Shown: positions 63,579 through 64,000 of the stretch, in pieces
How positions within the stretch are numbered: position 1 is the stretch's first letter
Layout of the letters: every line of letters starts with the position of its first letter
Assembly: GCA_964057225.1 (NCBI GenBank)
Contig: OZ059895.1
Location: 18,786,001 to 18,850,000, forward strand
Length of the DNA: 64,000 nt
Source: Auanema rhodensis
Lineage: Eukaryota; Animalia; Nematoda
Direction: 5' to 3'
Made by a program: the position numbers and the translations under genes
Notes under the pieces: generated by a model
What the model saw: the letters and a program-made list of their open reading frames with translations, nothing else
What the model was told of the DNA's origin: nothing
Databases searched by the model: none

Positions 63579-64000
63579 ACTGAACTGAAATGATGAAAAG
63601 TTTTTTTTAAAAAAAGAAATTGATAAACAAGAGAAATAAGAAGAAACATAGACATATATTTCTATATAAGAAAAACTAAAAACATAAATGAAAAAAAAAA
63701 TGTTTAAGATAATGAAGAAAAAGCCCATGAAGACTATAAACCTTAATTTAATCAGAAAAAAAGAAATTTTGTGAGAATTAATCGATGTAATAATCACAGG
63801 AAGATTAGTCATGTATGTGTTTAGGTTAGAGTAAGCTCATGGGCTGTGCAATTTTCACGGTCAATCGAAAATTTCAGAATTTGGTTTTTGAGAATAAAAA
63901 TTTGATTTTTTGAGAAATTTCTCAAAAAAAATTAATTAAAAGAATAATTAAAACAGAAAAGGCCAGAACTTCAAAGATGAAAAGTAATTGACATTGGCAA

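Noticed and set aside
1-64000. tRNA, rRNA, SL RNA or snoRNA genes
   Set aside because: None recognised by eye; a tRNAscan-SE or Infernal search would be needed to exclude them.

Overview
AT-rich, gene-dense eukaryotic DNA with many ~45-nt GT-AG introns and TTTCAG-type acceptors. The gene content (cuticle collagens, an MSP-domain gene, flp-22, mod-5) identifies a rhabditid nematode. I hand-spliced about 22 genes: a tandem pair of secreted Pro/Gly-rich paralogs, two double C-type lectins, DNAJC8/dnj-30, a CABLES ortholog, an SR splicing factor, a signal-peptide glutaredoxin, SEC63/dnj-29, fld-1 (TLCD), mod-5 (SERT), an MSP-domain gene, an ABRA/Costars gene, trap-1, nath-10, a divergent beta-catenin-like protein, two collagens, ANKFY1, adsl-1, NTAQ1 and flp-22. 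The most notable items are as follows. (1) Two different miniature, internally deleted Maverick/Polinton elements (983 bp and 1693 bp), each with AGTAGT termini, TIRs and a perfect 6-bp TSD. One has near-identical TIRs around decayed pPolB/protease remnants, suggesting non-autonomous mobilisation. (2) An intact, intron-containing gene ending in a Bel/Pao Gag-type triple zinc knuckle, nested antisense in an intron that is short in the host's paralog. (3) A candidate poison exon carrying a (GAU)10 array in the SR gene. Gene boundaries are manual and orthology calls come from recalled motifs, not database searches.
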